From the sequence record NC_100331.1: a DNA stretch of 64,000 nucleotides; one strand, 5' to 3'. The position numbers and the translations under genes are program-made. Position 1 is the stretch's first letter; every line of letters begins with the position of its first letter. The DNA is from Escherichia phage vB_EcoS_HASG4. The notes below the pieces were generated by a model, which worked only from the letters and a program-made list of their open reading frames with translations, was not told the DNA's origin and did not search any database. This document shows positions 40,865 to 50,739 of the stretch, one piece after another.

Positions 40865-42259
40865 TTAACCACCTGCTGTTACAGTAATCTGTTTAGTGCC
40901 TTTAACTCCAGAACCATCTTTAGCAGTAGCTTCTACGGTTACTACACCAGTTTTACTAGCATCCGCTGTTAACAGTCCTGTTGCATTGATAGTAGCTGCA
41001 TCACCGGCAGTGATAGCCCAAGTAACTTCCTTATTCTTTGCAGAAGAAGGAGTAACTTCAACACTCATTTGAAGAGTAGCCGAATTGTTTACTGTAGTAG
41101 CATCACCAGCAGATTTAACAGTAATTGCGGTTACAGCATCAATAGCACCATTACCATTAACAATCAAGTTATTAATAGTTGTTTTGGTGTATTTACTAGA
41201 GAAGCCTAAGTAACCCTCATCACCAGCATCCAGCTCTGATGGAATAGCCTTAAACTCTACTGAAGTACCAAGTACATCATCAGTCTCAATCGTAGGAATA
41301 TTAACGTGTGCCTGTTTAGCTACCAGAATAGCTGCAGGACGTTCTTCATCATATTCACCACCAAGTACTAGAGCGATTTCGAAGCGGTTAACTACTTTCA
41401 GAGTTTTGACAAGATCTTTATACAGTTCCATAGAACCAAGAGATTTATCATTCAGATAAGCAGTCAATGAACCAGTTAATTCAAAAGCACCAGTAAAGGA
41501 ACCGATCGGAATATTAACACGTGACATTACATTAGGTGTTAGATAAGTAATGTTGTTATTAATAGTAAAAGTACCACCAGTAATAGGTATATCATAAGAT
41601 TTATTGGTATCCATGTCCTTGATCTTCAAGATCGTTAGTTTGTTCTTAATATAAGAACCCTGGATAGTCATATAAGTTTCATCATCAATACCTATTTCAT
41701 CTGGGTCAAATGGTTGCTCATCCAGTGGGATTAGCTGATTACCATTACCAGACCAAGTTACACGGCCAATATCTTCAATATCAACGTTAACTTCTGCCTG
41801 ATTAATCTGACAGGAATCGATATAACTCCATGCTTTATCAGTCAGAATATAAATATGTAGCATTGCCAACTCGTGATAAGAGTTATCTTTGAAGTTAACC
41901 ATGAAGTTAGCTTCGTTATTGTGTGCCCCTGTATCACCTTCTAGGTTAAGAGCTTTACCGCTAGAAAGTGCATGCCATAACATATAGTCAGGAACAATTT
42001 GTTTGCTAGTAGTTTTATCCTTGTATGGCAGGATATAAGTAGAAAAACTCCACTCAGCCGCATTCAAGGAATCGTTAAAACGTTTAGAACCACGAGTAGG
42101 ACGCGGACCAGCTTCGTTAACAGTAATATCTGTTGAGTTACTGTCCTGACCCCAAGAAATATCATCCTGAACTAGAATCTCTTGCGTGTTGGTCTTATTG
42201 TGACCAGTCTTAACCGTAGACACGAAGATTCGAGTATTACGTAATAGTTGTAAAGACAT
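40865..42259 (-). CDS. major tail tube protein (pb6-like) with C-terminal Ig-like domain
   Basis: 464 aa; C-terminal ITVKSAGDATTVNNSATLQMSVEVTP...VTVEATAKDGSGVKGTKQITV resembles a bacterial Ig-like (BIG2-type) domain; AGGAG SD. Confidence 0.7.
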   Translation of the reverse strand: MSLQLLRNTRIFVSTVKTGHNKTNTQEILVQDDISWGQDSNSTDITVNEAGPRPTRGSKRFNDSLNAAEWSFSTYILPYKDKTTSKQIVPDYMLWHALSSGKALNLEGDTGAHNNEANFMVNFKDNSYHELAMLHIYILTDKAWSYIDSCQINQAEVNVDIEDIGRVTWSGNGNQLIPLDEQPFDPDEIGIDDETYMTIQGSYIKNKLTILKIKDMDTNKSYDIPITGGTFTINNNITYLTPNVMSRVNIPIGSFTGAFELTGSLTAYLNDKSLGSMELYKDLVKTLKVVNRFEIALVLGGEYDEERPAAILVAKQAHVNIPTIETDDVLGTSVEFKAIPSELDAGDEGYLGFSSKYTKTTINNLIVNGNGAIDAVTAITVKSAGDATTVNNSATLQMSVEVTPSSAKNKEVTWAITAGDAATINATGLLTADASKTGVVTVEATAKDGSGVKGTKQITVTAGG

Positions 42260-42285
42260 TTAATTATTTTCTCCTAATCTGTAAC

Positions 42286-42771
42286 TTATCTGCGAAGTGA
42301 CCTACGTGGAGGCTGATACCTCACTGTTACATTTATTTCTGCTAAACCATATGGGGCCAGTAGACCCTCATCTGTACTAACTGATGTAATGATCATATCA
42401 GTTGCCTCACATGGGAAGGTCGATCCATTAGGTTTACTAACAGTATATTCTAAATTTCCACCTGTGTCAATAACGGTTTTTATATCCGCTACGAGTTTTT
42501 CAAGTTGCTCTTGAATGTCTGTTTTCTCTTTATCGTACACCAGGATTGGAAGTTCTAAAAACATCCACTGTTGGCCTGAAGGAAGATACTGCCCAGTTTC
42601 AGTTCCGATATGAACTGCTACATAAGGAAACTCTCGTATTTCCTCAAATTTATAAGTTTGACGAGAAACGTTTCCATATAAGTTATTAAAATATTCGTCA
42701 GGTTGAGAACCATCCATTTGTTTAGAGATTCGGTCAACCATAGCTTGTGCAATACTTGTTCTATGGTCCAT
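42286..42771 (-). CDS. tail terminator-like protein
   Basis: 161-aa ORF directly upstream of the tail tube gene. Confidence 0.45.
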   Translation of the reverse strand: MDHRTSIAQAMVDRISKQMDGSQPDEYFNNLYGNVSRQTYKFEEIREFPYVAVHIGTETGQYLPSGQQWMFLELPILVYDKEKTDIQEQLEKLVADIKTVIDTGGNLEYTVSKPNGSTFPCEATDMIITSVSTDEGLLAPYGLAEINVTVRYQPPRRSLRR

Positions 42772-42774
42772 TTA

Positions 42775-43542
42775 CTAGGTTCCTTGATTAACCTTAATTT
42801 TATATCTGGAGTGAATTAGGTCTCTTGCAGCTTTTGCTATAGCCTCACCAATAAGTTTTTGTGGGTTTCTAGCGCCAGGATACGGTCGTAGGGATAATCT
42901 TCTATATGTAGATACTGCTGGGTTGAATACAGAATATGGACGAGTCATATAATTATATGTTACGTTTAATTCAGGAGAGCCTTTACTGGTTTCAGAATCA
43001 CGAAGCATAACATCTTTAATTTTTAAAGAGTTTGCAAAGCGACCAGTTCTAAACTTTAATGGTGCTCCAGCTTTTTTCATATCCTTTATTAAGTATTCTT
43101 TAGCAACTATCTCTAGTATAATCTTCATATTGCTGTTAGACACGAAACGTCCGGAAGCACCTGTTACTGCACCAGAATATCCATCTTCAACATCACTAGG
43201 ATCACCAAAGTTTACCTGCACTCTACCAGTAGAACGTTTTTTACCTACTGAGGATTTTTTACCAGCGGTTGCTTGTATTAGATTCTCCAGAGCACCTAAA
43301 TCTCCAGAAAGATCTAAACTAGAGGATACAGCTTTTAGTATAGAAGCTGTTCTAATGTTAAGGAGATCTTGTGATACCGGTTTTGAAAACTTAAAAGATA
43401 CTTGAGCAACAGTACCATCTCTGGTAGGGTCTTTTAACCCTGTTTCAACAGAGTATACAACAGTATTCTTATTATTTTCAGATCGGCTTGCAGTATCTAG
43501 CTGCTCTTTAATAATTTGTCTAGCTAGATCAGAAAGAGACAT
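42775..43542 (-). CDS. hypothetical head/tail joining protein
   Basis: 255-aa ORF in the connector region between head and tail genes. Confidence 0.35.
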   Translation of the reverse strand: MSLSDLARQIIKEQLDTASRSENNKNTVVYSVETGLKDPTRDGTVAQVSFKFSKPVSQDLLNIRTASILKAVSSSLDLSGDLGALENLIQATAGKKSSVGKKRSTGRVQVNFGDPSDVEDGYSGAVTGASGRFVSNSNMKIILEIVAKEYLIKDMKKAGAPLKFRTGRFANSLKIKDVMLRDSETSKGSPELNVTYNYMTRPYSVFNPAVSTYRRLSLRPYPGARNPQKLIGEAIAKAARDLIHSRYKIKVNQGT

Positions 43543-44054
43543 TATACTCTCCTATATACTTCAATAATAGTACGAATATGCTCTGGAATACCAGATTTAG
43601 TGTTATTGAAGGTTACTGTTTCACCACCAATTGTTTTAGCTTGGCGATAATCTTGTTTGTGCCAATGATCTACTAGCATACATGCTGCAAGTTTGAGATC
43701 TTCAGGAATTGGGTTAAATCCACCTTGTGTGTACTCTACATCCATATAACCTTCTGGAGGACTAAATTTAAGAAGTATAACCCCATCAGAATACAACTTA
43801 TACTGTTCGGGATCTATCTCCTTATCATTAATAGTCATTTTGGTTACTGAAGTAGCTGAGGGAGAACTTAAAAAGTATTTTTTTCGAGTAGGTTTTGTAT
43901 TGATTAACTGGTCTACCGCATCAGCATCATCCATACCTAAAAGGCTAGTAATCAGCGCATTGGCAGCAGTAATCATCATCTCTACTCCAGATTCTAGTTC
44001 AGGTCGTTTTAACCCGCCGTATAATCTATAGTCTTCAGCTGTGATTATTTGCAT
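43542..44054 (-). CDS. head completion/connector protein (putative)
   Basis: 170-aa ORF immediately downstream of the major capsid gene; start preceded by the conserved hairpin-plus-motif element. Confidence 0.4.
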   Translation of the reverse strand: MQIITAEDYRLYGGLKRPELESGVEMMITAANALITSLLGMDDADAVDQLINTKPTRKKYFLSSPSATSVTKMTINDKEIDPEQYKLYSDGVILLKFSPPEGYMDVEYTQGGFNPIPEDLKLAACMLVDHWHKQDYRQAKTIGGETVTFNNTKSGIPEHIRTIIEVYRRV

Positions 44055-44073
44055 TTATTTTTCCCAATAAAAA

Positions 44074-44093
44074 AGGAGAGCCGAAGCTCTCCT
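44074..44093 (-). terminator. rho-independent terminator after the major capsid gene, part of a conserved element
   Basis: On the - strand AGGAGAGC-ttcg-GCTCTCCT followed by TTTTTTATTGGGAAAAATAAATG. Confidence 0.55.
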
Positions 44094-44113
44094 TATCGGC
44101 TGAAAAGCCTGTA

Positions 44114-45490
44114 TTAAGCGGTAGCGTAAGCACCGGATACAACACCATTACTAAAGTAACGTTGCAGGTTAACACGCTGAGTAACGTAATACGCATCACG
44201 CTGTTTACCAGCTTGGCGCTCACGTTCAACAGTGACAGCGCGCTGACGTGGCATTACGAAGTTATCTTTATAAACGATAACTGCGAACTCTTTCTCAGCC
44301 GCTTTAGCTGGGAAGTACTCAGAAACTACAACCGGCAGACCATAAATACGACCAACCTGACCTTGCAGTTTAACAGCATCGTTACCAACCTGTGCAACAT
44401 CCTGCCATTCTTCATCTTCCAGAAGGTCATAGTAAGCATCCATAGATACAATCAGTACCAGTTTGCTCAGTTTCAGACCATGACGACCCAGTTTACGACG
44501 CAGTTTAGAGATAGTTTTAGCAGTTACTAGAACAGAACCATCAGCTTTAGCTTCGGTAGTAACTTTAGCACCATCATCTTCAGCCAGTTTCAACAGACCT
44601 TTCGGCTTACCAGTACCATCACCAGTCATGAAAGCTTCTTCGATAGAAACAGCGTGTGCTTCGATCAGACGCTTACGTAGCAGTGGCAGCAGGGAGAAGA
44701 TTGCATCTTCTTCAGTTTCATCAGTAATGAAGGACTTAGCAGCCAGTTTGTAGGTTTTAAAACTAATTTCAGTTAATGTACCTTTAACTTCGTTACCAAC
44801 AGTAGCATCAGTACCGTAGGAACCAGCATCTACCCAAGTAGCTTTTCCAGCTTCAGGTTCAACCAGCATAGTAAGAATTTTGCTGGACATTGGCAGTTCA
44901 TCGAACAGTGCACCAACTACTAACTCTTTCTGCAGGTCACGAAGGATACGGGTAGAGAAAATAGTTTCGTAGTTTTCACTGGAAACCTGTACAGAGGAAG
45001 AAGTATTAACAGCTTTAACGTGGGCCTTACCATGTTCAGTTTCAAATACGTCCTTCTCCATCATATAAGACAAGAGAACTAGTTTTTCAACTTCATCTTC
45101 AAAAGCTTCCTGAGTACCATATAGTGCTTTAGCTACGCTATCACCGACGAATGAGCGGCCTTCACGAGCTGCTAGCAGAGATTTAATTTCATCCTGAAGA
45201 CCAACAATAGTTTCCTGCTGCTTTTCTACAGTCTGTGCAAACAGTTCTGCGCTCTTTTTAGATTTTTCATCCAGGGACTTAACCAGTTCCAGAGCTTGTT
45301 CCAGTTTCTGACGATCTTCGCCAACTGCTTTAGAAACCAAGTCATTCATACGAGCCAGTTCTTTTTCTTCCTGCTCTTTACGCATACGTTCAGCTTCCTG
45401 AGCTTTCTGAGCAGCGGTCAGACCTTCCAGAGATTTAGCCAGATCACCCAGACCAAGTTCTTCTTTCAGCTTATTAATATCAATAGTCAT
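44114..45490 (-). CDS. major capsid protein precursor (HK97-fold)
   Basis: 458 aa; N-terminal coiled-coil scaffold-like delta domain (MTIDINKLKEELG...ELARMND) followed by a capsid core; GGAG SD; adjacent to protease. Confidence 0.8.
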   Translation of the reverse strand: MTIDINKLKEELGLGDLAKSLEGLTAAQKAQEAERMRKEQEEKELARMNDLVSKAVGEDRQKLEQALELVKSLDEKSKKSAELFAQTVEKQQETIVGLQDEIKSLLAAREGRSFVGDSVAKALYGTQEAFEDEVEKLVLLSYMMEKDVFETEHGKAHVKAVNTSSSVQVSSENYETIFSTRILRDLQKELVVGALFDELPMSSKILTMLVEPEAGKATWVDAGSYGTDATVGNEVKGTLTEISFKTYKLAAKSFITDETEEDAIFSLLPLLRKRLIEAHAVSIEEAFMTGDGTGKPKGLLKLAEDDGAKVTTEAKADGSVLVTAKTISKLRRKLGRHGLKLSKLVLIVSMDAYYDLLEDEEWQDVAQVGNDAVKLQGQVGRIYGLPVVVSEYFPAKAAEKEFAVIVYKDNFVMPRQRAVTVERERQAGKQRDAYYVTQRVNLQRYFSNGVVSGAYATA

Positions 45491-45507
45491 TTTTAAATAA
45501 TTCTCCG

Positions 45508-46140
45508 TTATTCTTTAACGTAGCCTAAAGCTATCGCAAGTTTTTCTAGTTCAGAAAGATTACGTTCTTGAGCTGGGACAGCTTTAGAACTTATTGCAGT
45601 AAAAGATTTACGCCATTCAGTATAATCATGACCATTCATGCTCTTAGCGAGATTGAATGTTGAGTCCTGATTACAAGGTACAGAAACTACCGAGACTTCG
45701 TATAGTTCTAAATCTTTAATAATAAATATATCAGTAGCTTCATCCCACTCTGCATCTAGGCAGCGGAATCCGATACTAAAAGTTTTCAGTACACCGTTTT
45801 TAATTAGCGAAAAGATAGCCGGATCAGAACTTTCATAGATCTCGCATTCTATTTCGAGACCCATTTCAGTAGGGTTAAGATCAATACACTTACCGATTGG
45901 ACGACGATGATCGTGTCCGAAAAGAATAATCGGGTTTTTCATGTAGTTAGTAAGTGCATTAGACGTTTTCCACGCAGAAGCAGGAATTACATCACCAGCG
46001 CGATCTTTACTAATTGTATTAGCGAATCCACGGATTTTTACAACACCTTCTTTGGATTCGCTATCAATAGATTTAATATAAGCATCTAAATGAACGGGTG
46101 CTGATTTTAACTTGTTATAGTCAATAGCAGCTTGTGTCAT
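45508..46140 (-). CDS. prohead protease (HK97-type)
   Basis: 210 aa; ILFGHDHRRPIGK resembles the S78 protease core; located between decoration and capsid genes. Confidence 0.6.
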   Translation of the reverse strand: MTQAAIDYNKLKSAPVHLDAYIKSIDSESKEGVVKIRGFANTISKDRAGDVIPASAWKTSNALTNYMKNPIILFGHDHRRPIGKCIDLNPTEMGLEIECEIYESSDPAIFSLIKNGVLKTFSIGFRCLDAEWDEATDIFIIKDLELYEVSVVSVPCNQDSTFNLAKSMNGHDYTEWRKSFTAISSKAVPAQERNLSELEKLAIALGYVKE

Positions 46141-46143
46141 TTA

Positions 46144-46638
46144 TTAGCCTCCAGGAACAGTAGGATTAACTGTCACAGCACATGTAGTAGAGTCCTTGCT
46201 TACTTGCTTACTATCTGTTACAGTTACTTTATAGGCTCCAGAGTCCCCCGTAGCTGCTGCAGGCTTAGTATATGTAGCTCCTGATGCTTCCGGAATAGGG
46301 GAACCATCTTTAGTCCATGCATAAGTATATGGACCAGTACCACCAGTTGCAGTAACAGAGAGTGTTAATGCTGCTCCCTCTTCAACTGACATGCTAGTAG
46401 TTAAATCTTTAGAAAGAGTTAACGGTGGAGCCGGTGGAGCCGGAGGAACTGCTTTACCATAAGCCTCTACAAATTTCTTCCATACTTTACGGTTAGTATG
46501 CGCAGATGAAAGTCCTAGTTCTCTACGCAGAAAAGCATAGCTAGGAACATATTTATGCGCAGCAACCGTAGCAAAGAAGATATGAGATTCTGGCAGTTTT
46601 TCACCAAAAATGGTCTTTAGACCACTATAATCAATCAT
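46144..46638 (-). CDS. capsid decoration protein with C-terminal Ig-like domain
   Basis: 164 aa; LTLSVTATGGTGPYTYAWTKDGSPI...YKVTVTDSKQVSKDSTTCAVTV is an Ig-like fold signature. Confidence 0.55.
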   Translation of the reverse strand: MIDYSGLKTIFGEKLPESHIFFATVAAHKYVPSYAFLRRELGLSSAHTNRKVWKKFVEAYGKAVPPAPPAPPLTLSKDLTTSMSVEEGAALTLSVTATGGTGPYTYAWTKDGSPIPEASGATYTKPAAATGDSGAYKVTVTDSKQVSKDSTTCAVTVNPTVPGG

Positions 46639-46640
46639 TC

Positions 46641-47387
46641 TTAATCTCCCTCGGTGGAACCTTTAGGTCTACCACCTTCTTGACCAGATACACCTGTTGC
46701 AGAACCAGCGACGTTAGCAGGAATACGGATCTTATTCATCTGCTCATCATCTAAAGGCTCAAGGTTCAGCTCTGAACGAGCTTCGTTACCGGTTATAATA
46801 CCATTATTAACCAATGAGGTTAAATGTTTAGCCTCTGCTTCTTTATCTGGTGTTAATGCTGCGACTTCCTTAGTATTAGGAGTGATCTTATAACCAAAAA
46901 AGAAAGTAAGAGAACTAGTCAGTTTGTTCAGCATAGGAATGATGGTCATATAATAGAACAATTCGATGTTTGGTCGAATATTCGCATTATTACCACCATC
47001 AAGCAGTACTTGCGGAACTCCAAAGGCTAGACAAATAGATTTATTAAATCCTTCGATGTCTTCCTTAAAGTCTAGATCTTTAAAAGAGGATATTTGGGAG
47101 TACGGTTTAGCTTTCATACCACCATCTAGAATCAGGACAGAAGACTGACCCGTACTAGGATTATAATCGAGTTGTAATTCTTCTTGTTTACGCTCACGCA
47201 ATTTCTTGTTCAGGATTTCATCCGTTTCAAGAATAAGACCAATCACGGTTCCGTTATCGAGGAATTTCTCTTTAAAGTTAAGCATCTTAGAACGCTTCTC
47301 AAGAGAATCAATAACAGTAGCAACACGAGATTGTCCAGAAATTTGAGAATTTGTGCCACACACGATGTGCTTATATCCATGAATGGA
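46641..47387 (-). CDS. portal protein, C-terminal in-frame portion; 5' part lies in two other frames up to 47658
   Basis: Portal-like C-terminus (...NGIITGNEARSELNLEPL...) in one frame from 47387; plausible coding continues upstream in a second frame (47602-47372) and a third (ATG 47658 to stop 47584). Confidence 0.55.
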   Translation of the reverse strand, partial: SIHGYKHIVCGTNSQISGQSRVATVIDSLEKRSKMLNFKEKFLDNGTVIGLILETDEILNKKLRERKQEELQLDYNPSTGQSSVLILDGGMKAKPYSQISSFKDLDFKEDIEGFNKSICLAFGVPQVLLDGGNNANIRPNIELFYYMTIIPMLNKLTSSLTFFFGYKITPNTKEVAALTPDKEAEAKHLTSLVNNGIITGNEARSELNLEPLDDEQMNKIRIPANVAGSATGVSGQEGGRPKGSTEGD

Positions 47388-47657
47388 TTAGGTCGTACAT
47401 TTAAGAGAGTGTCTAGAGTCTTTGTCTTGATGCCATTGGCATACGTGACAATATTATATTTATCTCCGACAGTATAAGAACACTCCGCCGCACTATCTAT
47501 AACCATATTAGCAGTTCTATTGAGAATCTCAATCTTGCTATAGGCTTGTCCAGTGGTAAAAAGGCTTACGGTTAGTGCGATGACTAACTGGTTCCATGTC
47601 TCTTATAATACGTTGACCCGGATTTAAACTTTTCAGTAATCCAGCTTTTTAAACCCA

Positions 47658-48110
47658 TTATAAGAACCTTGCGAATCCTGATTTTATTTCAGTCTTGACT
47701 TGTGTCTTTTCTTGAGGATTCTGTAATTTGTCTTTCTGCTTTTGAACCCACGCTTTTTGCTTATTAGCAGAAAATAATGGAGGTTCTTTCGTGTAAACCT
47801 TATGTAATAGTTGGTGATGGTGCTGGCACAATGTTACCACGTCCCTAACTAACTCATGCTCATATTTCTTGTAGAATGCTTCCCTATTTGAAAGGACGAT
47901 ATTCTCATCAGTGAAATCCAGCTGGAGTTCTTTAGCAAATTTTTTTATTAGCTGAGATATAGTATGATAATGGTGAAGTTCTAGGTCTTCACTACTACCA
48001 CATATAGCACAGCAACCATCCTTACTATACCTAGATTTTATACCATCCCTCATTATGGAAATGGCATCACGTTTGTACTTAGTATTAGTGGCCATAATCC
48101 TCCAATCCAA
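47658..48110 (-). CDS. HNH endonuclease
   Basis: CCAICG...LELHHYH...N...LCQHHHQLLH is an HNH motif; stop overlaps the portal ATG in a TAATG junction. Confidence 0.7.
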   Translation of the reverse strand: MDWRIMATNTKYKRDAISIMRDGIKSRYSKDGCCAICGSSEDLELHHYHTISQLIKKFAKELQLDFTDENIVLSNREAFYKKYEHELVRDVVTLCQHHHQLLHKVYTKEPPLFSANKQKAWVQKQKDKLQNPQEKTQVKTEIKSGFARFL

Positions 48111-48759
48111 AGCTACTTAGAAAGATTACTATATCCTCAGGAGCAACATTAAAAAATTCCGTGCTTCCTGTAAAATTAGAAAACCCACAGTTTTTATTAT
48201 AATATTCTCTGTGAACTTCCTTTTCTAAATCTAAAGCAGTCTCTCTATCTGGCAGATGATACATGGTGAACAAGTGTAGGTCAGAAAATCCAGATTCTCT
48301 TTTAACTTCATTCAGCCGTTTCTCAGGGTATAAGCTTATGCCTACTTTAGTACCACTAGAGGAGGACATGATATAGAGGAATCCGCCATTCTCCCACTTA
48401 AGAGAACAATAAGGACATCTCTTACCTTGAGTCAATCCATCTAAGGTAATGAAACAGTCATGCCCATTATTGCAGCGTAGATGTAGTTTTGTTTTAGCAT
48501 TAGTATAGCTGCTTAACAGAGTATACCCTATATTAGATATTCTGTTACTAACTTCATCTAACGATATTGTATTATTGGAGCAGTGTGGACAACCTCTCCT
48601 CATATGGAGTATAGAATGTGGTGTTGCTTCCCAAACGTGTGCTCTCTGGCATTTAAATACTGTTTTTGTACGTTGGTTTACATATTCACCGACAATTTGG
48701 ATTCCACGATCAGCTAATCTAATATTTATATCTTTTATTGTTAGCTTTTGTCGACCCAT
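48085..48759 (-). CDS. T5orf172-domain (GIY-YIG-like) protein with N-terminal zinc-finger-like region
   Basis: GGFLYIMSSSSGTKVGISLYPEKRL...GSTEFF matches the T5orf172 pattern; N-terminal CPHCS; AGGAG SD. Confidence 0.6.
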   Translation of the reverse strand: MGRQKLTIKDINIRLADRGIQIVGEYVNQRTKTVFKCQRAHVWEATPHSILHMRRGCPHCSNNTISLDEVSNRISNIGYTLLSSYTNAKTKLHLRCNNGHDCFITLDGLTQGKRCPYCSLKWENGGFLYIMSSSSGTKVGISLYPEKRLNEVKRESGFSDLHLFTMYHLPDRETALDLEKEVHREYYNKNCGFSNFTGSTEFFNVAPEDIVIFLSSFGLEDYGH

Positions 48760-48930
48760 AGAATCTCCTACACCTCATGTAGAGCATTAATTTTTCTTGT
48801 TTACGTTCTATTATGGGAGAAGTTCTCCCGATCAATGAATATAGTATACATAATCGTATCGAATTTGTAAAGGGGATTTTAAAATGCAGGAATGGGATAC
48901 CAACTGAGTAGTATCCCATCCTATACTTAT

Positions 48931-50247
48931 TTATTTACCACGGGAAATAGAGTAAATTCCATAGCGCAGCGCATCACAAAGGTGAGAGTTAGCATCATGA
49001 CGTGGTTTTTCACGCGATAATTTCTCTTCACCTTCTTGGAAGTCCCACTTATAGTTCTGCAATGCATGAATTAAGGAGGAACATGAGGCATCCACAATAA
49101 TCTTACCCTGCTGGAATAACGCTTGCAAGCATGCTAGACCATCTAGGACAGATTTTTTAGCTGGAGCCGATGCAATTTCATGCTCATAAGCTAAGTCCTG
49201 GCGGAACTGAGCTGCTGCAGAGTCAACAAAAATACGATCAACTTTATAACGATCTATACAATGCTGAATATAAGCAGCATGCTGAGCTGTAGTTTTCTCC
49301 GCCTGCTGGTATTCTTCTAATACATAGTAAGTATCCGTATCGTAATGATATTTAATAGTAAGAACTGCTGTAGGGTCACGATAACCAACGTCAATACCAA
49401 GCAACGTTTCGAATGCTTCATCATCTTTAAAGAAGTGACGCATACCTTTGAGGTCTTTAACATGATCGATAGCATTAAAGGTATCAAAGATCTGGCCTTC
49501 GAATACAGAGAAGTCAGCCTCGTATTCCTGGCGGAAGTAGTTTTTACTAACTGTACGACGTGCTTCCTCAATGTCATTCAGATCAGCACGAGGATTATCA
49601 CGGTATGTACCATGAATAGACACCCAGTTAGGCAACGTATCATCAAATCCGTAGGCGTAAAACTCTTTAAACCAGTTACCTCCACGAGGTGTGGAAATAA
49701 ATAGAGCTTTAGAATTAGGTTTATCTAGAGTAGGACGCAGCTGAACCCTAAAAGCATCACCACCCACATCGGAAATTGCCGCCTCGTCAAAGATGATAAA
49801 ATCATACGAACGTCCAACTGCGGAGTCAGCCTGAGCCGCGGAAGCTAGTTTAAATAGAGAACCATTAGCTAACTCAATCTCTTTATCTTTAGCGTTTTCA
49901 CGTTCGGTTTGTAGACCATACTTCTTAATAAGACCACGAATCTGAGACCATCCGATATTGGCCAGTGAGTAGTTAGGGGCAACTACTAGTACCTTCACAT
50001 TAGGTTCCAGCAATTTTAGGAACCCAAGTGTATACGCTATAAAAGATTTACCTACACGACGTGATACACACGCCGTTACAAAACGATGTCTAGGGTCTTC
50101 TAGGGCATTGATAATTGCTATTTGAGGGCCGTTAGGTGTAATACCCTCTTGTGCTAATATTCCAGAAACAGGTAGACGGAAGAAACGTTTGTCTATTCCG
50201 AAATCAATAACATCTACTGTATTAACATAGGGTCTTGATACTTCCAT
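48931..50247 (-). CDS. terminase large subunit
   Basis: Walker A VSRRVGKS, Walker B DFIIFDEAA, C-terminal RNaseH-like nuclease region; 438 aa. Confidence 0.85.
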   Translation of the reverse strand: MEVSRPYVNTVDVIDFGIDKRFFRLPVSGILAQEGITPNGPQIAIINALEDPRHRFVTACVSRRVGKSFIAYTLGFLKLLEPNVKVLVVAPNYSLANIGWSQIRGLIKKYGLQTERENAKDKEIELANGSLFKLASAAQADSAVGRSYDFIIFDEAAISDVGGDAFRVQLRPTLDKPNSKALFISTPRGGNWFKEFYAYGFDDTLPNWVSIHGTYRDNPRADLNDIEEARRTVSKNYFRQEYEADFSVFEGQIFDTFNAIDHVKDLKGMRHFFKDDEAFETLLGIDVGYRDPTAVLTIKYHYDTDTYYVLEEYQQAEKTTAQHAAYIQHCIDRYKVDRIFVDSAAAQFRQDLAYEHEIASAPAKKSVLDGLACLQALFQQGKIIVDASCSSLIHALQNYKWDFQEGEEKLSREKPRHDANSHLCDALRYGIYSISRGK

Positions 50248-50729
50248 TACTTTTTACCTCCAGTAGCTAGGGAAGTAATTAAGTCCATGTAGTTTTGGTC
50301 CCCAGCTCCAGCAATAATGTTATTCTGGATATTGGTCTGATTAGCAGGAGCACGGACAGCAGCTTTAGCTTTTTCTAACTCCACCATCATCTTCATCTCT
50401 TCCATCTTCATCTTGTGTGCTTTCCAGAGAATATCCATAATATCCTGGTCAGAACCCATGCCAGTTTCTTCTAGCTCCTCTAGTTTACGTTTAATAACTT
50501 CATCTAGAACACCGAACAAACGATCTCTGTTACGGAATCCACTCTCCATAAAAATATCATTTAAGTAGTTCTTAACTTCACTACGATTCATAATATCTCG
50601 GAAAGCAATTTCGGACATTCCAAGACTACGTGCGGCAGAAGGCACATCACTGCCACACTGTAAATAAGCTTCAATCACATCCATCCCTTCAGGGGACATA
50701 AGATCTGGTACTAAAACATCATTTGCCAT
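50247..50729 (-). CDS. putative terminase small subunit / DNA-binding protein
   Basis: 160-aa ORF immediately upstream of and overlapping the large terminase start; HTH-like [20 protein letters not shown]. Confidence 0.4.
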   Translation of the reverse strand: MANDVLVPDLMSPEGMDVIEAYLQCGSDVPSAARSLGMSEIAFRDIMNRSEVKNYLNDIFMESGFRNRDRLFGVLDEVIKRKLEELEETGMGSDQDIMDILWKAHKMKMEEMKMMVELEKAKAAVRAPANQTNIQNNIIAGAGDQNYMDLITSLATGGKK

Positions 50730-50739
50730 ATTTCCTCCT

